NCBI GenBank assembly: GCA_030390025.1
Contig: CM059432.1
Span: 54,996,001 to 55,060,000 of the forward strand
DNA length: 64,000 nucleotides
Direction of reading: 5' to 3'
From: Squalus acanthias
Lineage: Eukaryota
Shown: positions 37,062-49,194 of the stretch, piece after piece
Position numbering within the stretch: position 1 is the first letter of the stretch
Layout: the number at the start of each line of letters is the position of its first letter
Program-made: the position numbers and the translations under genes
Notes under the pieces: model-generated
Seen by the model: only the letters and a program-made list of their open reading frames with translations
Told to the model about the DNA's origin: nothing
Databases searched by the model: none

Positions 37062-40000
37062 GCAGGTTGCATGCTGCGGGATGGAGTTGAGGACACTCAC
37101 ATCGAAGACAGAGTCTCGGTTAAGGAGATCTTCGAAGTGCTCCTTCCAGCGGGCACTGACTGCCTCCCTGTCCCTGATGAGTACCTCACTGTTCTTGGCC
37201 CGCAGTGGGGTAGGACCTTGGGTGCTTGGGCCGTAGGTAGTCTTGACTGCGCTAAAGAATCCACGCATGTCGTGGTTGTCAGCTAGCTGCTGGATCTCCT
37301 GCGCTTTCTCCACCCACCATCTGTTCTTTAGGTCACGAGTTTTTTGTTGGACCTCAGCCTTCAGGCGTCTGTAGAGCTGTTTTCTTGCTCTCGAGTTGTG
37401 TTGCTGTTTCCACATCAGGAATGCCTTGCGCTTGCGGCTTATTAGCTCCTGGATCTCCTGGTCGTTCTCGTCGAACCAGCCTTGGTGTTTTCTGGTCGAA
37501 TGACCGAGCGTCTCTTCACAGGTGCTGATTATGGAGGCCTTGAGTGCAGACCAGACGCTGTGGACACTCTTGTGTCTCTACATCACTGGGAGTCGTCATG
37601 TTGGTTGTGAGGCACAGGCTGAATAGGCCTTTCTTAGCGGGGTCTTTGAGTGCTCCAGCGTTGATTTTCCTGTGGCATTGTTTCTGTTGTCGCCGCTGTT
37701 TTGGGGCTACATTGATGGAGATGACAGAGTGGATTAGGCGGTGGTCTGTCCAGCAGTCATCCGCTCCTGTCATGGCGCGGGTGATGCGGACATCCTTGCA
37801 GTCCCTCGCTAGGACGATGACGTAGTCCAGCAGATGCCAATGCTTGGAGCGAGGGTGTTGCCATGAAGCCTTGTACTTGTCTCTCTGACGGAACAAGGTG
37901 TTGGTTATGACAAGACCATGTTCTAAGCATTTCGTCAGGAGAAGGGTACCGTTGGAGTTGGCTTTCCCTACCCCCTCTCTGCCGATCACACCTCCCCAGA
38001 GGTCTGTGTCCTTTCAAACTCTGGCGTTAAAGTCGCCAAGGAGGATCAGCTTGTCACCCGTTGGGACTCGGACAGGGATTGTTCAAGGCTGGAGTGGAAT
38101 TCCTCTTTGGTCTCGTCTGTGGCTTCCAGTGTTGGTGCGTACGCACTGATGACCGTAGCGCACTGGTTCCGGGCTAGGGTGAGCCGAAGAGTCATGAGGC
38201 GCTCGTTTATACCGCAAGGGGAGTCTCTGAGACGCCCAACTAGTTCATTTTTATGGCGAAGCCTACCCCATGGAGGTGGCATTTTTCTTCAGGTTTGCCT
38301 TTCCAGAAGAAGGTGTAGCCACCGCCTTGCTCCTTGAGTTGGCCTTCCCCTGCCCGCCGGGTCTCACTTAGGGCGGCGATGTCAATGTCGAAACGTCTGA
38401 GCTCCCGGGCAATGATAGCAGTACGGCGTTCCGGTCTGTCACTGTTGGGGTTGTCCATGAGGGTCCTGACATTCCAGGACCCAAACTTCATTTTAAAGGG
38501 TGGAAGATGTCTGTGCGTGAATTCTTTTAACGTGGGGTGGCCATTGCACACCAGCTACCACACAGGCTTGACAGAGCAAGGTCTTGGTCCAATGGCAAGG
38601 GGATCCAAGACGATTGGAGACCAGGCTCTGCTACAACGGCCTAGCACACACACAAACATACTCCTACTGTCCTCCTCCCTCCTTCCCGCAGGTCTGCTCT
38701 GCTTGGGTTTCGTAGGATGCATTGTGGTCCTCACGACCTCGCTGTTGGCCCGTGCCGCACCTTCCCTGGGCCCCGACCCCGCTGCTGGTCCACACTGCGC
38801 CACTCCTGGGCCTTGACCTCGCTGCTGGGCTCGTCCTCGCTCCTGGGTCCCGGCCTCGGACATGAATGATGTTGTCTCTCACAAGATCAAATTAGCACTG
38901 ATATTCTGGTGAAGATTAGTCGGGGGGAGGTTAGTGGAGCCCCATCAGTTTTTTGTATTTGTGCCTGTATTTGTATCTGTATTCCTGGCCCTGAGCTCCA
39001 CTCGCACTCCCTGGCCCCGAGCTTAAAGGGTACTTAGACTGAAATGGACAAGACTTAACTTCTGTGGCGAGTTTAGTTTAGTTCGTACCTACCGCGCAAA
39101 TACAGCAACTTCATGCCATTTAATGCACTTCAATGGTGAGGCAGACAGTGAGATGCCGGTTTCACGAAGCTAATGGCGGAGTGGCGCATCTCGAACAGCA
39201 ACTGTTGGATTTCCGCCCTCACCTGAAGTTGCTGTAGCATTTGCACGTAAATAACGGTCAGCGCCAGTAGCCTCACTGTTATTTTGACAGCAAATTATGA
39301 CCCAATATGTTTTGATTACTGTGGGAATGTGAAAAAGTGGTGTGTTAGTGTTATTGATAAGAGGATTGGAGCTGTTTTTAGTTTTGGTGAATGGTTTGCT
39401 GTGGAAGCATCATTAGGATCAATTACGAGAACTGCAGTGATCTACCTTTGATGTACCAAATGTTAACATTGCTTGTCACCTCAATGCCTGTTCCACCTAA
39501 AGAAGTAGTTATTACAGCTCCTCAGAAAGGTTCAGCTGTTTTGCTTATTCCCATGTGTAATGAACCAACCACCTCCCAGGACGTTGCTTGTGCTCCTGAT
39601 TCTGATGTGAACTCTCCAGGACGATCTCTGAAGAAAGTTCTGCACCCTGACTGCTGAAACCGAAGCTGAGAAGTTACCATCTACTGCCCTTATTATAGAT
39701 GCTAGCTTACCCATTATCAATCATAGCCAAAGATATTAACAAAGGTCAAGGAAACCTCCAAATCATTTGGACTTGGAGATAGTTATGAGTGTAGTGATTT
39801 TCATTATGGTTCTAATGTTGGCATAACCCATCTTTCCCACGTACTACGTCATTGTAAGATATAGTCCCTGAATTTCTTAATTTTTTTTTGTTGTTAACCA
39901 GGCTCATACTTGGAGGTAATTATTTTCTCCTTGTTATTTTGAAGGGGAAACTGATAGGTATGGTACTTGCATATTGTTAACTGAACACTAGATGGCCCCA

Positions 40001-41959
40001 AATGGGAGGAAGCACATTGCAGCAAATGCACTTCTCTTGTATTCTTTGATGGGAATGTTCTAGCGGGTCTGGAAATAAAAGCAGTTAGTTATTCCCACAG
40101 TAATAAGAGTGTTACTTCGGATGTAACACTAGAAGCTGTATTTCAGGGTTCTATTGAGTGTGGATGTATGCTGGAGAGTGACCAGTGTAGTACCCATTTT
40201 TTAAAGGGAAGACAGAGCTAAGCTGGGTAATTACAGACCATCTCTGGTAGGGCAAATGTTAGAGTCTATAATTAAGGATGAAATTACCACATATCTAGAT
40301 AAAGAAAAAATAGTTAAAAGTATCCAGCACAGATTTCAAAAGGGATAATCATGCTTGATAAACCTCAGAATTATTTGAGAAGGTAACGGATGTGGTAGAT
40401 GGGGGAAATGCAGTGGATGTGATTTTGTGGAATTTAGGAAATTGTTTGACCAGGTACCATACAGGGAGATTACTAGAGAAGATTAAGGGTTATGGAATTA
40501 GGGGGAGGATAGCAAACTAGATTAAAAATTGGTTGGAAGGGAGAAAATATAGTAAGAGTTGTGGGCAGAGTGCTTGGAAGTGAATAGTGGTGTTCCTCAA
40601 GTTTCAGTTCTGGGTCCACTTCTGTTGACTGTATAGCAATGATTTGGATATACGTGGTGTCAAAATTTGCAGCTGATACCAAAATAGGAGATATACTTAA
40701 TTATTTAGAAGACCAAAGGAAACTACAAAGAGGATATTGATAAGCTGGGGGAATGAGCTAAAAAGTGGCAAATGGAATTCAGTATCAATAGGTGATACAT
40801 TTTGGTTAAAAAATAACAGCAGTTATTATACTCTGAATAGACTTCTTTCATTAGAACAAATCAGATTATGGGCCAATATGATAGATGTGTTTAAATTATG
40901 TAAGGATGGGACAAGGAAGATAGAAACAGACTGTTTCCAGTAGTTGGGGGCTTAAGAACAAAGGGTGATAGATACGAGATTAAATGTGAGATATTTAGAA
41001 CAGAGGTCAGGAGAAACTTCTTTACACCAGCGTTGTCCAATATGTTAGCCACATGTGGCTAATTGGGAATTCAGATGTGAATCATTGTATTTTTGATTGG
41101 TAAATAAAAAATGAGTAAGAGATACCGTTGTTGGGCATGTGATCTAAATACTCATATTTGTAAAGTGTGTGCATTTGCACTTTAACCTTTTTGTACGTTT
41201 GTTGGAAAATGGTAAGATGAAAAACAGAATGTGCAAGTGTTTTTTGATCGTAGTGTGTATTTTACTTTCTTGGTTAATTCTTATTGGTTATCTGCTAAAA
41301 TGTTGTGTAACACGGGTGAAAACAGCGGACTTCAGCAAGATGCAAAAAACACCAGTAACATTGTCTGGAGATGAGAGCTGTCATTATGGTCAGCTCAACT
41401 AATCGGAATAATCTCTCCAAGCCAGCAGAAGAAAGCTAGGCCAACAAATAACAAGCAGATCCAACAGAGCACATCATGACAAAGAGCATTCTGGATGGAG
41501 AGCAGGGTCTGTGTGAGTCAACATTCTCAGCAATCACTTTGATGAAGTCAAAGTACCACTCGCAAATACTGGATAAAAGCCTAGTAGCTGCACTGAGCTG
41601 TGTTGTCTGAAATAAATTCACACCAGAGCACAAGTGAGCATGTGCAGGTGGCCAGGAAATGGCTCAGCAGAGGCCTAGTACGTTGTGCAACAGGCTCCTG
41701 CGCCATAAACATTTTCAGGGTAATTAATGGGCATTTAGCCCAACTTTTCGCCAGCACATCATTTGAATGAGGACTTGAAAGTTGCGGTGGATCATCTGTC
41801 TATTTGGAACTTGACAAATCGCAAGTTCGGGATTTAGCGCATGCAGAAATCCCACACTTGCAGTCAATTTCAAAGGCGTGAAGCGAGTATGCCGTCATAC
41901 CGACCGCGAATTCAGGGGCAATGTGTCCAGGACTGCTTTCTAGATCATTATATTTCGGT

Positions 41960-42035
41960 AAGTGTCAGCTTGCCTTAGTGGTCAGCACTCTTGCCTCTGA
42001 GTCAGAAGATTGTGGGTTTCAAGCTCCACTCCAGA
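41960..42035 (+). mobile_element. SINE tRNA head fragment
   Basis: GTGTCAGC...CTCTGAGTCAGAAGATTGTGGGTTTCAAG, same family as 53443. Confidence 0.7.
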
Positions 42036-42699
42036 CCAGCAAAATGGATAAATATTTAAAAAGGAAAAATTTAAAAGTGTATGGGAAATGGGACTAAGCA
42101 AATAACTCTTTCAGAAATCTGGCTGTGTCAGGCAGTGGGCGGAATGGCCTGTTATATAAAATTCTATGATTCAGATTCCACATTCTAAAACCAGATTGCA
42201 AAGTAGGATATCCTTGGCACCAAATGGCTGTAGAGATGACAGAGGTTCGTATGAACAGAACAAATGAATCCGGCATGACTACAATGATAAATGTATTTTT
42301 AGTAGTATTTATCTACCTTTCCCTTAAGATACAATGGTTTCTGCCTCAACTGTTCCCTATGGCAAAGCATTCCATGCTTCAATAAGTGTGCAAAGAAATG
42401 TCTTCCAACCAATCTCCTCACTCTCTTAGTGACAACTTTAATTGATGGTTCATTGTTACTGACTATCCAACCAGAGGAAATAGTCTTTCTCTCTTCATGG
42501 TATCAAAACTCTGCACAATTTTTAAAAACTGTATTAACTCTACTCTGTTTTCTCCGTTTCAGAGTGTGGTACAACTCCAATCTAAATTGAGAACAATGAC
42601 CTGCACATAAATAGCTATGAAACAATATTTAGTTATAATGTAACAAAATAGCAGCACATTTCAATAAATCTGCCCTTTTTTAAATTGTGTTTTGTTTTG

Positions 42700-43455
42700 A
42701 CAGTACCCGGGACGATTTCAAAACTAGTCAAAAACACAACAGGAACAGGAGAAATGTTTTAGCAAAGTGCTGCTCAAGAGAGTACAGCCTGTAAAAGTTG
42801 GGCGACGTTTTCACAAATGAAAACCAGATTTTGTTGCTTTAGTTTTTCTCATGAGTCACGTAATGTGTAATACGATCGGGACATATCATCTGTTGGTATT
42901 CGCCCAAAGCATTACCTGGGGCTCCAGCGGAATCTGTGTTCATCCCCACTGTAAACAAATGCAAGGAGAGCAGGCAGATGATGAAAACACGTGCTAGAGG
43001 AGAGCCTGCAGGCTGGGGACTTCCTTTTACGTTTTACATTTTTGTGGTCTGATTGCAGCCCGTGGATAAAATCCTCTACTTAAAACTTCCAAAGATCCAG
43101 ACACTTTGCTTACTGCAGTTTGTAATCCGAGAGAGTCAGACAGCACCGGTTGGCGAGACACTCTCAATTCTAGTTTGCTAGCTTTTCCAATACCTACTGG
43201 GACCAGCGGATATTTGAATCTTAGCGTTACATCTCTTTTCATTGATATACTTTATTTTTTTAATAGCTTCGGAAGCAACCCCAAGAACGTGTTATATCTG
43301 AGCTCTGAAATACTAGTTTCGCAATTGTTGATACTTATTCAAAGTTCTACCATGAAAGAGACAAAGAAAAATTAAAGAAACAGAATAGTTTTACTAGTTT
43401 TTCTGGAACGATCAGATTTTTTCCTTTTTTTATGAGCCTCTTCTTCGCCGCCAAA
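42700..43455 (+). promoter_or_regulatory. COLEC12: Putative COLEC12 promoter and 5' UTR
   Basis: Repeat-free sequence with retained CpGs directly upstream of the start codon; TGAGTCA (42852), CACGTG (42988), GGGGACTTCC (43015). The TSS cannot be determined from sequence. Confidence 0.5.
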
Positions 43456-43462
43456 ATGAAAG
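43456..43462 (+). CDS. COLEC12: Collectin-12 (CL-P1/SRCL scavenger receptor) coding exon 1 (M-K-phase 1)
   Basis: GCCGCCAAA-ATGAAAG|GTAGGT; splices in frame to exon 2 to give MKDD... Confidence 0.8.
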
Positions 43463-44800
43463 GTAGGTTCAAACTTAGAGCGCAATTTTACTTTGGGAAA
43501 CTCATCCTGTTCGTTTGCAAATTTAATGTGAGAAATCTGTTATGTTTCGATGAGTGCTTTGTTCGTTTAAAAATAATTTTAAAACCACAAATGCAAAATC
43601 AGCAAAGTTTAGAAGACGTTAAATATTAAGTTACTCTCGTTACCTGATTAGTTTTGCCAACACTGACAAGTTGTTTATATGACACTTATATCTGGCATAA
43701 AGGAGTCTTATTTTTTTAAATATTAATTTATTCTATTTAATGTCGTGGTGAACTTTCCCCACTATTCCCCAATGTGTCGGATTTCGATGCTGATTTGCTG
43801 TTTTTATGTGTGAGGGGGATGGAGAGCAGAATGTGTAAATTCTTATTCATAAATGTTCCGAAACTTTTCCTAATGAATAATGATGGATTACCTTTCGCAA
43901 TCTGGCATCTCCACATCCATCCAGTCGTGTTGTTTACTCTACATTCTGAAAGCAGGAATTTTGACCTCGAGTTTTGCAATGTCCTTTAATTTGCTTTAAA
44001 AAAAAACATCTGGTAGTAATTATGTGCCAGCGGCACTAGAACTGAGTTAAAGTTATTTGGCTGCTTAGAGTGGCTTCCAAATCTCTCTTTAGTAAATGCA
44101 GTATCCAGACTTTACAAAGGAAAAAAGTCTTGTTGAGCTACAGTTCAAGAGTCCCTATGGAAAAATGGTCCTGGCTCCTTCGTGAACTTGTGCATGACCC
44201 ACTCCTATTTTAATTCACTCGCTTACCTGCGCATTGGCCAAGTGTTTGCGGGTCCTAATTGGTCTTACTTATTCAGCAAAAGTAATATTTTGTTTCTCCA
44301 AGATTTCTATCATAGATCTGTATTGTCTTAATTTACAAACCCAGCAGTATTTAGACTGGGGGTTGCAATGCAAGCACGCTGTTCTCTGTAAAACGACGTT
44401 CGAAGACTGTTGCTGCCACGGTTGACAGTGGCATCACTCTAAACAAACTCGACAGCGTCAGTAAATTACAGCGATGCCACTTTTGCAAAACGAGTTCTGG
44501 TTCTGATTGACTGAGAAACAGAGGAGCCCACATTGCCAGCGTGAAAAGTGAGCTTTTTACAAATGGTGTGTTTGGGGGTGGGGGGGGGGGGGGGGGTGCT
44601 TGCATACGAGGAAGCAATCCCTTCTTGACGCTTAGTCAATTTGAACTGCTGTTATGGTCGTGTGCTAAAGCAATGTACCAAGGAACTAGCTTGAAATGCT
44701 AGAAATAGAAAAAGATCTAGAAGTTCAAGACTGGTATAGCTGATGTCTAACTCGAGTCTCTTTTGCCTGATCTATTTCATCCCAAAGAAAAGAGTTTCAA

Positions 44801-46661
44801 GGGGTTAGAAATTCATTATAGCCCAGGAATGGGCGATATCATTAGAAAAGTTTGAGAATTAACGCCAGGCGCTAATGCTTTAGACTGCACGCAAAATTCA
44901 TTCTCCCTGCTCAAAGAAATGATTGGAGCGCTAATCAAGTCTTAAAGGCCGAGCTCATTGGTATTACACTAAAGGGGTGGACCAATATCAGGTGCAGTCT
45001 AATCGCAACTCATCATTGCCACAGGCTTTTCCCAGTACTTAACTGGGAGGTTCATTGCTACTGCAGCACCTCATAACTCAACTCGCCAAGGCTTCTTCAG
45101 CAGCACCTCGCAAACCCGCGACCTCTTCCACCTAGAAGGACAAGAGCAGCAGGCACATGGGAACATCACCAGCCTCCAAGTTCCCCTCCAAGTCACACAC
45201 CATCCTGACTTGGAAATATATCGCCGTTCCTTCATCGTCACTGGGTCAAAATCCTGAACTCCCTCTCTAACAGCACTGTGGGAGTATCTTCACCACACGG
45301 ACTGCAGTGGTTCAAGAAGGCGGCTCACCACCACCTTCTCAAGGGCAATTAGGGATGGGCAATAAATGCTGGCCTTGCCAGCAATGCCCACATCCCATGA
45401 ACGAATAAAAACAAATTCTCAGCATTGCTGGCTGTGCAGCTGCCTCAGCAAGGAGAAGCACAACAAGGAGAAGGAGCCGGAGGACTGAAGCAGGTGTGCT
45501 CCTGGCAGATCCACCTCAGTCGGGTGGTCAGGGTGATTAAATGCTTCAACAAATGCTACATACCACTATCTGTACTACAAGCTTCACACACTGCCCAAAG
45601 CACCACACCCCCAGCACTCACCCACAATAATCTCTACCTACCAACACTCATACCCACATCTCACACCTTTCACACAATGACAGCTATTCAACTATGGCAG
45701 GCACAATGGTCATTAGTTATTAGAATGAATGTGATATGTGTGATAAATTTATTAATGGAGTTTGCAATATTTTGTGGTGTCTCTCATTTCACTTTTGCAC
45801 CTAGGAGGACGCTGTGATATGGCATGACACAGGGATGGTATGATGGGGATGTGGTGAGCAAAAGGGATCTGGGGTTTAAGTCATCCTGGTGTGAGGCTGG
45901 AGGTCTGTTTGGAGGAGGTAGCAGAGTTCTGTGACCACCACCTTGGTGATGTGGAGCCGTCTAATACACTGCTCCTCGCTTAATTGAAGGTAGGAGAAGT
46001 GCTGTCAGAGTACCCTCGGAGGGTATGGCCTCCTGGTGTGAGCCTCATCTCTGTGCACATGTTCCCATATTTCTCGCTTCCTACGCTCCCTCCGCCGTAG
46101 ATCCTGGAGGTCGAGGTGACATGCCAGTACAGCCCCCATTAATGTTGCCAAGTGCAGTAGTTTGAATTTTTGAACAATAAATGTAGCTACTTTGTAGTTG
46201 CCAGAAGACTGCTGATACAAAGGAAGCTTGAAATTACTCATAGGAACTGTTCTAGTGGGTGAAACTGACAACAAACCACTGAAACTAACCTGCCCTAACA
46301 GCTGGGAGTGATTAATGCTGATGCCTTTAAATAACATCGCTGGTGCCCGCTTCCTGGAGCTGCACGCCAGCTCTCCCTTTCACTGTCTGGTCGAGGCGCT
46401 AAGGTAAGTGGCAACAATGAATTTTCCAGATTGGACGGCCAGTGAGTGTTGCACGCTCATTGACGTCACGATCTGCCTGGTGTTGAAGTCCCCGGAGGTA
46501 CCTCGTAGCGGCGGCGCAATGTGGGGGGGGGGGGGCGGTGGGGGGGGGAAGATTTGCCGTGCGTTGCTGGATTTGCCTTGCCCTGGAGCTACTGCATCAG
46601 CGCCCCGTTACTGCCATCTGCTCACACTAACAAGAAGCGCTAAGGTACTGAATTTTCCCCC
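44801..46661. mobile_element. Harbinger-type deletion derivative containing a LINE 3' fragment (~45075-45412)
   Basis: TIRs GGGGTTAGAAATTCA / TGAATTTTCCCCC; probable TSD CAA; transposase N-terminal remnant RRPYPPRV on the minus strand; nested fragment matches 16130-16460. Confidence 0.72.
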
Positions 46662-47486
46662 CAAAATGTGTTCATCATATGGATAAAGAGCTGGAATTTC
46701 CAATAGACCATAAATTAACATCATTCTGTTTCTCCAGCATTCATCTTCCTTTTATCTCCTCAAAATGTGCTAACATTTGTCTTCTTGGTAAACTTATCTC
46801 TGGTTTGAACTAATGGAAGGAGGTTGCCATCAGGGACCAGAACCAGGTGTGACAGTTGGTGCATCCTTCAAACCTAATTGTGGACAAGCTCTTATAATCC
46901 ATAATTCAGAATCAAACTCATGAGCATTTAGGAATGCATGGGATAATCGAGGGCAGCAAGCATGGGTTTGTTAGAGGCACGTTATGTTTGACAAACTTAA
47001 TTGAGTTTGTTTATTTTAAGAGTGACTGTATAGATAAAGGGAATATTAAGTAGATGTAGTGTAAATGGATTCTCAGAACGTGTTCAATAAGGTGCCTGAT
47101 AGGCTTGTTGCAAAAATTTAGGCATGGTGAAATGCAACAGCAATGAGCAGACAAGAAAAGAAGAGTTAGGGTTATGAATTGTTACTTGGATTGGAGAAAG
47201 GATAGAATTGGTGTACCCCAGGGTCAATGCAGGGTCCACTTTTGTTCTTGATATAAATAGATGATTGGGACTTGGCAATTCACTGCAGAGTCTGCCATAT
47301 CTATTTCTTTGATGACTTCAGAGGGACTATTCCATTGGAACAACACAGATTGAGATATACTTTGCCATTTTGATTGGTACAAAGGAAATTTAATGGATAT
47401 AATTATGAATGTTTTTTGCCTTATCACACCCTATTGTTCAAATCTAATGCCTGATTAATGATATAGGTAATCATCAACCATGGCTG

Positions 47487-48041
47487 TAACAGGTTGAGGC
47501 TAAATGAAGTATGAAATGCACTGGCAGAATGAAGGACAGCTGCCAGCTCGAGGAACAGCACCTCATCTTTCGTTTAGGCACCCTACAGCCTTCTGGACTC
47601 AACATCGAGTTCAACAATTTCAGATCATAACCTCGGCCCCTATCACATTTATATTTTATTTTTCATCCACCCTTTTGTTTGGTCCCCCCCCTTTTTTTTC
47701 CTCCCAGAAGCTGGCAGCTGTCCCTCATTCTGCCAGTGCATTTCACACTTCATTTAGCCTCAACCTGTTACATCAACACCTCCTCTTGCCGTGATTATCT
47801 CTTAACATTTCTCAATGTCTCTTAATCTCTCCTTTTGTTCTTTCATCCCCTCCCCCTTTTCCCAGCTTTAACTTGCTTTAAATCTATTTCATTTCCTGCT
47901 TTTTTCCAGTTCTGACGAAAGGTCTTCGACCTGAAACGTTAACTCTGTTTCTCTCTCCACGGATGCTGCCTGGCCTGCTGAGTTTTTCCAGCGTTTTCTG
48001 TTGTTATTTCGGATTTCCAGCATCCGCAGTATTTTGCTATC
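47487..48041 (+). mobile_element. Penelope 3' fragment with an inverted 5' segment and hammerhead
   Basis: 47550-48041 is homologous to the reverse complement of 29900-30410; 47487-47548 is an inverted copy of 47709-47771. Confidence 0.85.
47908..47944 (+). ncRNA. Minimal type I hammerhead ribozyme motif
   Basis: AGTT-CTGACGA-A-AGGTC(TTC)GACCT-GAAAC-GTT-AACT: intact core, stem II, palindromic stem III, 4-bp stem I. Confidence 0.75.
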
Positions 48042-49194
48042 GTATTAAGTTTAACTAACTTGGGAGGGAGGGTAAACTTGAGGTTTGGCCGACTTGGCAG
48101 GGAGGGGGATTGAGCTGGGAACTGGGGAAGGCCGACATACCTAGTCGGAAAGTCGAGCCAAGAACTGCACATAGTTGCAGGCTGAACCCGGAGGAAAAAG
48201 ACGGGTGACCGAGGTTCCTGGGTTTGAAATGGAAGCGGTCCTCCAAAGCTGTGTTAGTTGACCTCAAAATGATTGGGTGGAGGGAGCGTTATAATCACAC
48301 CCTGACCGCCTTTTGGCTCAGCCACTAGTAGAAACCCATCACCATGTTTCAGTTTCCAATTCAAGCTACTGAGGAATCCACATCCACCTGTAGGGTTTCT
48401 GTTTGCACAATATGGAGTGCAAACTCTCTCTAGGGACATATCCCATTTATGTAAGTCCAGAGAGCTTAGGTGCAGGTTGTCAGAGCTGAAGTTTAAATAT
48501 CACCAAATGTGCACAGGGGCACTGCTAAAGCTGTGTAGCTTACCAGAGCAGCTTACTTGTAAACTTCCCTCTCATTGTCCATTAAGGATCACCCTGCCAT
48601 GAGGGCTTTGGTCTGCAGGATTACCTGGAGCCGATAGGGAAGAATCCTAACACCCAAAGATAGGTCTACGCCTCCAGGTTCCATTAGCAAGCTAGGCTGG
48701 CTGGTTGATTATCAAGAGTGTCCTGGAATACTGCGGACATTCTTGGCATACTGCGGACATTCCTGGCTTAGATATTGGATTACCAGTCTACTATAGAGGG
48801 TTGATATGCTTCTGAATTTACATCACCACGTGTGTCATCTTGGAGCCACCTCGACCCCAAAGAGAGCCCACCTACCTCCCCACCAAGGAGGATAGTCACT
48901 AGTTGATCATTAGGCATTGACATTGCGTGTTTGAGTCCGCTCGAGTTGGACAGCAGATACTAGGAGCTCCTCACAAGTGGCAAGATGAGCAGCACTGTGT
49001 GAGTGCATTACCACTATCCTTACCACAGAATGGACGCACACTATACCACATTGAATGATGGTTTCACTAGTGGAAAAAGCGGGCCTTCAGCAGCAGCTGT
49101 TTGCTTTTCCGCAACATAATCATGGTAGACACTGATCCCTGAATATGTGAGCACGTGTTCTCTCTCCTGGCCTCTTCCAGGAGCTTTGAACCTT

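Larger units (their letters stand above)
23783..39024 (-). mobile_element. RTE LINE, near full-length, split by the ERV (5' part 39024-37062; 3' part 25560-23783)
   Basis: Endonuclease N-terminus MKFGSWNVRTLMDNPNSDRPERRTAIIARELRRFDIDIAALSETR (38240-38551). RT ORF 24007-25395 with GVKQGC and LQYAD. The frame is continuous across the ERV (IPQHAT|R|HHLSTTPAR). Probable TSD AAAGGG(A/T)ACTT at 23772-23782 and 39025-39035. Confidence 0.92.
23296..39303. mobile_element. Harbinger-type MITE (arms 23296-23782 and 39025-39303) split by the RTE insertion
   Basis: TIRs GGGCCATAATT / AATTATGACCC; flanks ATT/AAT; internal similarity to the MITE at 60179-60931. Confidence 0.7.
22491..40128 (+). mobile_element. 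Gypsy-type LTR retrotransposon, internally deleted and old. LTRs 22491-22639 and 39952-40128; interrupted 23296-39303
   Basis: Two related short TG...CA LTRs (shared TTCTAG..GGTCTGGAAATAAAAGCAGTTA...AATAAGAG). 5-bp TSD CTAGA (22486-22490, 40129-40133). PBS-like TGGC.. at 22641; PPT GAAGGGGAAA at 39941-39950. Gag start remnant at ~22742. Integrase remnant (GLP..LVCDN) at ~22900-23290, continuing at 39304. Confidence 0.78.
22360..41030 (+). mobile_element. Old CR1 fragment split in two (22360-22490 and 40134-41030) by the nested cluster
   Basis: Left part ends ...ATACATCCTAGAATT...GAAATTGCAGAGGTTCTAGA (IHPRIL..EIAEVL). Right part resumes with degenerate IFQ.S...P.FKKG...NYRP, then QH.FQKG.SCL and KFAADTKIG. 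Confidence 0.7.

Noticed and set aside
42703..42800. Possible coding exon after the TTTTGACAG acceptor-like sequence
   Set aside because: No recognisable peptide and no clear donor; could be a non-coding exon but unsupported.
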